64,000 bases of DNA, taken from positions 124,001-188,000 of the forward strand of contig JAQGDQ010000114.1 in NCBI GenBank assembly GCA_030141605.1. The letters run 5' to 3'. Position 1 is the first letter of the stretch. The number at the start of each line of letters is the position of its first letter. This document shows positions 58,983 through 64,000 of this stretch, one piece after another. The notes under the pieces are model-generated. The model had not been told where the DNA came from and did not search any database. It was given only the letters and a program-made list of their open reading frames with translations. The position numbers and the translations under genes are program-made. This DNA comes from Tubiluchus corallicola (Eukaryota > Animalia > Priapulida).

Positions 58983-59226
58983 ACTGCAAGCTTGAGGGGT
59001 ATGGTCAGATAAGTGGACCGAAGAAGTGCTCTTACATCTTGCAGGCTTTTTACAAGCTTGCTGAGGAATTCTGAGTAATGGCACGGGTTTTTTATTTTTT
59101 TAGCACCTTAGGCTTTGTCTCTTCGGATACTTTAATGTGTTTGGTGGCATTGAAATCTGTTGAATTTCCAGATTATTCAAGTCAATCAAATTATTCCTAG
59201 TGTTTTCTGGTAATTGCTCCAGTCAT

Positions 59227-59645
59227 TAGGGGTGGGCAATGCGCATCACTGAGCATCGAACATTCAAATTCATTTGAAATTAATTCAAATGAGTTTTTTT
59301 AGTTTGAATTCGATTTAAACCTAAAATTACAAATTCGAATAATTTAGCACTTCAGCCACATATGTTCCTTAGCATTAAAACATTTGAAACTTCATGCAAT
59401 TGGCACAATTTACCTGTAATTTCTGTGCACAATTTTTAAATAAATTATTCGTGATTTTACTGCCCATCAAAATCGAATAACAATATGCATGATTTCTGTA
59501 AGATCCTTTTACTGGGACTTTGAAAACTTGTTCGGAAATCTTTCAAATAGACTTCGAATTCGAAATATTAAAATTCGGCTGACTCAAATTTGAAAGTGAC
59601 AAGTTCGATTTGAATTCACTTTCTGTTAGAGAATGTTCAGCCCTA
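59227..59645. mobile_element. hAT-like MITE (TTCGAA-rich family), 419 bp
   Basis: Termini TAGGGGTGGGCAAT ... AATGTTCAGCCCTA; 8-bp TSD ccagtcat/gcaatcat (6/8); related copies at 32448, 55560 and 55903. Confidence 0.78.
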
Positions 59646-62593
59646 GCAATCATGCCCCTAGAGATTGCAGACTGTGCGAAATGTACAAGCCCAAATTTTG
59701 AATGTATGATAGATTCTCTGTTCTTTGAATAATATTTTGATATAATAAATTGTTCTGTACTATTGCTCGTTGTTTTTGTATCATCCCTAGCAAAATGTTG
59801 TGTACTTAACCACAATATCAAAGATCAAAGTGACATGCATAATGACAGAGCAACAGGCGGGACGTATATAAGCTTTCACCTTTACAGACAATTTTTATAA
59901 TCAACAATGTACCTTCTGTGTCATTGGCTTGCTCCAAAGTCGCAGCCCATTGGCATTGTTAGCATTTCGTTATTTTTGTGTTAGTTTTTAGTATGTGTGC
60001 AGGCTGGGTAAGAGCAGGTTATTTCAGAGCACAAAAATGCTAAGTCCAAGCATGATTATAATTCATTTGTGCTATATCAAACAACGTATTTGAAGTGCAA
60101 ATGTGATATGTATGGACATGGAAGTTTTGTGTTTCAAATAATGTCGTATAGCTGAACATATCCAAGCAGAAAAACAATTTTGTTGTCTAGCTCAGTACAG
60201 TTGATAGACATAACTTTGTGCCAGAAGGAGCACCTTAATATGTTGTAATTTCCTCTAAATGGCCAATTTTGCACATAATAACTTCTGCACTCAAAGCTCT
60301 CAATATGCGTAAAAAAAATTTTGAGATCACTTTTTATTAGAGATTTGGAAAGTTTTGAGTCACCCCTATTATGGACAGACTGCTTGTCGCTGTTTCGTCT
60401 GCTCTTTTCATACTGGTCGTTGCTAACAAAGGGTTTTTTCGCATGACGTAGTGTAGTGCGTCATGATTGAGCGAAACACTATTGTTTTTCAAATATGGCC
60501 GTAGATAATAATATTACTTACGTAATCTTTTGTAGTAATATAAATATCTATGGTGTGTGCCTTCAGCAGTGATTAGCACCACGACTGCCGACGCCGGATT
60601 GGACCAAAATCCACAAGATTCGGATAGCATTGGATGCGGATCTAGCCGTGACGGGCGTATTATGATGATGATGAAGAAGAAAATGAAAAATGAAAGAAAA
60701 TTATATATGTCAAAACATTATGGAAATACTATAAAATGTTGATATGTAATTTCAATTTTCTCAAGCAAAAACTACAGTAAACAGTGTAAATTAACTAAAT
60801 TTGTTCAGGAAATTATAAAAACTGTGATTTATCACTTTAATCACCGAATTTTGCAAGTAACAGCAGAAGTATTTGCTGATTGGGTGTATTCATATCTGTT
60901 ATTTCTGTCATTCCGCGTGAAGTTGTTCTGGAACGTTGAAGTGTTTCACTGTTCGCTGATTTTGATTTGTTCCAGATACCTTGTATCTTTGCCTCCCCTG
61001 CGTGTTTACCTAATTCGGGGTATTTTTATTGGAATTAAGTAGAATATAAACTCATATAGTCTTCTATCCTTTACCGAATATAGGAAATGATCATTAGACA
61101 CAGGCGGGCATGAAAATTAATACTGTCAGTTTAATTTACGAAATATTATTAATTTTAGAATTATTATGACATTTACTATTATAATTAATGGAAAACCGGA
61201 TGATTGTGTAAACATAAGTTCAGAATGAAGAATGCTCTCTAAAATATTGAAAACTAGAAAAACTTTTTTTTTAAATCAAAGCTTAGGTTAAATAATAATT
61301 ACCTCGGATACTCAAATTTCATTAAACTTTCAAAGCTAAGGCGTGGCTCAGTGAATCTACTAAGATTGGCGCGGCGCCTTTTTGTCACATTTTGGGTTCA
61401 ACTTCAATGTCTAGGCTTATATTGAGTAAAGTTAAATCTACTGACTTGGACAATATAATACTACATAAAATAATTTTCAATATGCTGACTAGAAAAACAT
61501 TTAGTTATATAGGTTTTTGTAATAACTTTTTAAAGGAAAGGTAAAACTTGTGCAATAATACTTCATGTATAGTTTTCACAAATAATTGTATATGCACCTT
61601 GAGGTTTCTTAGTGAAGAAACGAGTACGAGTTACATAGATAAGGAAAATACGCACCGATGCGGACAAAAAAATGACGGTACGAATCTTTGCCCATCTTAA
61701 TTTTCATTAATGTTAATGCGCGCTAGATGACAATGTGCGCTTTGCGGGAAGAAAATGATAGACTGACACTCGTCACGAAGCTACCGAGTTGAATAACAAT
61801 GAAATGAAAATAATTATTTTTGCTTCATCAATCATTAAACAAACTTACTTGCTGTACTAATAGTAGCAGCAGCAGTGGTAAAATCTTTTATATGCTTATT
61901 AAAAATACTGATGTTAAACCAATAAAATAACATCAGATAGAGAACATTCTAATATTCCTTTTTACAGTTGCAATTAATCAATGAAAATTAAACTACCCAG
62001 TGGATACACTGCAACAGGGTCCAACTTGCGCTGATTTAAAGTATACAAGGTTATCACGCAGATTTGAATTAAAAATATCCATGTAAGCATGCTGCATCAG
62101 AAAACAATGCGCATCTTTAACTTCCAAGTCGTGCGGATCGGGAAATTAGTCGATTTGCTTCCCTGGCGTCTTGCGTGAAACCGTGCGCGATGATGGGCCG
62201 TCTTGTATTTTTATAACTACGGTAATCACTTTTATTACGAAATTTAATTCTGAATTTATTTATTATTGTGAGCAGCGTAGATTTGCAATTATTCCGATAT
62301 TTTTTCATGAAGTAATTGTGACCAAAGTTTATTATCGCTAGCTATCTAATAGTAGTGGCGCTGTTTCCCTTCGAAATCTTGTTTTTTATACAAGTTCATA
62401 GACTATAGATAGTAAAAAGGTTGGTACACCACACTATAGCTACACGTATTTGTCATTGTTTTTTGGATTCCTGATATAATACCTGTACTTGCGAGATAAA
62501 CATACAGTAATAATTTTTGTACGATTTTTATACACATTTTTTGGAGATTACGAAATTTGCAGTAGTGCAAATGTTTTAAAAAATATATTTTTG

Positions 62594-62691
62594 CAGCCAA
62601 GTAGTAGTTTCTCTTCTGCTGTTTGCAGGTTCCTCATGTGGTCAGCCAAGTAGTAGTTTCTCTTCTGCTGTTTGCAGGCTCCTCATGTGGT
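62594..62691. repeat. 49-bp tandem duplication
   Basis: cagccaagtagtagtttctcttctgctgtttgcagg(t/c)tcctcatgtggt twice, one mismatch. Confidence 0.93.
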
Positions 62692-63037
62692 ATATAGTTA
62701 TTATTGTTGAATGCAATTATATTACTTTAGGTTTTTTGTAAAAAACTTAATGCCTTTAAGCCTGCTTTGGCTAAATTTTACAGTGACAGCCTACACTTAA
62801 AATGGATCTGCAGGAGCTTTGTGATGTTCACCACTCAGGCGAGTTTTCTTGCTTTAATTTTCTAACTTTAAGGTTCTAGCCTTTAGTGATATTCGTGCTA
62901 CTACTTGTTACTTAAGAGAAAGAAGAAGTCACTCAGTATGTTGGGTTTATTTTACTGTTATTATTTAAAAAATATAAAGAAATTTGCAAAGAACTGCCTA
63001 CAAATCATAAATTTGAAATCTACTACCTCTGAATACA

Positions 63038-63250
63038 AATTTTCAGGCGTGGTGTTTGCCGCCATTCACTTGAAAATCATGACATAACTGGGAGACTTCG
63101 TGGCTTTCCGTAAGCATGTGCTGCTTAAAGTAATTTTCAGGCGTGGTGTTTGCCGCCATTCACTTGAAAATTATGACATAACTGGGTGACTTCGTGACTT
63201 TTCGTAAGCTCGTCGTGGCTTTCAGTGAACATGTGCTGCTTAAGCTAATT
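63038..63250. repeat. About 94-bp tandem duplication with a nested partial repeat
   Basis: aattttcaggcgtggtgtttgccgccattcacttgaaaat...cgtaagc at 63038 and 63132, a few mismatches. Confidence 0.9.
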
Positions 63251-63756
63251 CAAATTTCTGCAGCTTACCTAATGTTCACTCAAAAATATTACAAAATATT
63301 ACAAAAGTGATTTTACTAGTTACACGATGTGCGTATTGCAGTTTTATTACTAAATCCTTCTAACATTTTTCGCAAACATTAAAATTTATGTAATACTACT
63401 TAAGACTCCTAGAAGGCTTAGCCTTTCCTTTAACTAGTCTTAAAAAAGTTAAATTGATAAATTTTGATATTTTGTGGTAAATAAGGTACTGTTCTTACTA
63501 TTTTATTACTTATTATGTGAAGTCTGAGCACTGTCTAAGTGATTAGTTACTATAAATTGGAAAAATCTAAATTCTAAGATTTGCCGGCAGTGTCAAGTCT
63601 TTATGCTTCACCTTCACCGTGAAAACAAGTAGGGTTTTTTCTAGTGGGTATAATTGTTTCAATAAACACAGCTAGCAATCACAATTCTATACAATCTAGT
63701 TTACATTTTAAAATTGGTTTAATATTTGAGTAGTAACATTTTTTATTCAATTTTAG

Positions 63757-63834
63757 ATATTGGATTCACTTGATACAAATTTCTTGCTACATATGATTGT
63801 CGGGAGTGTAATATGGTTACAATTTCACAAGATG
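63757..63834 (+). other. Probable exon of an unidentified gene continuing beyond the window
   Basis: ttttttattcaattttag|...GATG|gtaagc; 78 nt, fully open only in phase 0 ([26 protein letters not shown]); no family recognised. Confidence 0.35.
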
Positions 63835-64000
63835 GTAAGCAACTTTTAAAAAATGTCATTCGCCATACTGATACTCACAATAAGTTACAAGAAGAGGAAG
63901 AAATGTGGAGAATTCACAGAAAGAGAAAGTACATGAGAAAACACAGAGATTGTTCAAAAAATACTGATGAAAAGAGAACAAAACGTGAAAAGAGGTCTGA

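Noticed and set aside
56160-59640. Heat-shock elements in the GAA/TTC-rich MITE
   Set aside because: Mostly TTCGAA/GAATTC spacing, not three alternating nGAAn units.
55903-59645. Composite transposon made of inverted MITEs carrying the RTE
   Set aside because: The right MITE has its own TSD (ccagtcat/gcaatcat) and the outer flanks (ctacatac vs gcaatcat) do not match, so the insertions are independent.

Overview
Eukaryotic, AT-rich, intron-rich animal DNA; the compact splice signals and mosaic CpG pattern resemble an invertebrate chordate such as a tunicate, but that is inference. I reconstructed three spliced genes by hand, checking exon phases. (1) The last three exons of a WD40-repeat gene (+, 669-1963). 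(2) A complete 15-coding-exon Polo-like kinase of the PLK2/3 type (+, 4942-40209, about 674 aa), with very long CpG-retaining 5' introns and a probable GC-AG intron. (3) A complete 12-coding-exon ATG4A/B-type autophagy cysteine protease (-, 43207-52329, about 415 aa), convergent with the PLK gene. The window also holds a young 5'-truncated RTE-clade LINE broken by one stop codon, an old LINE relic, several hAT- and Tigger-like MITEs, microsatellites, several near-perfect short duplications, and possibly the 5' end of a fourth gene after about 60.4 kb. I found no prokaryotic-type system, CRISPR array or intact RNA gene. The most interesting signals are regulatory hypotheses: a c-fos-like STAT/CArG/GC/CRE cluster upstream of the PLK2/3 gene, and a spliced two-uORF leader on ATG4.
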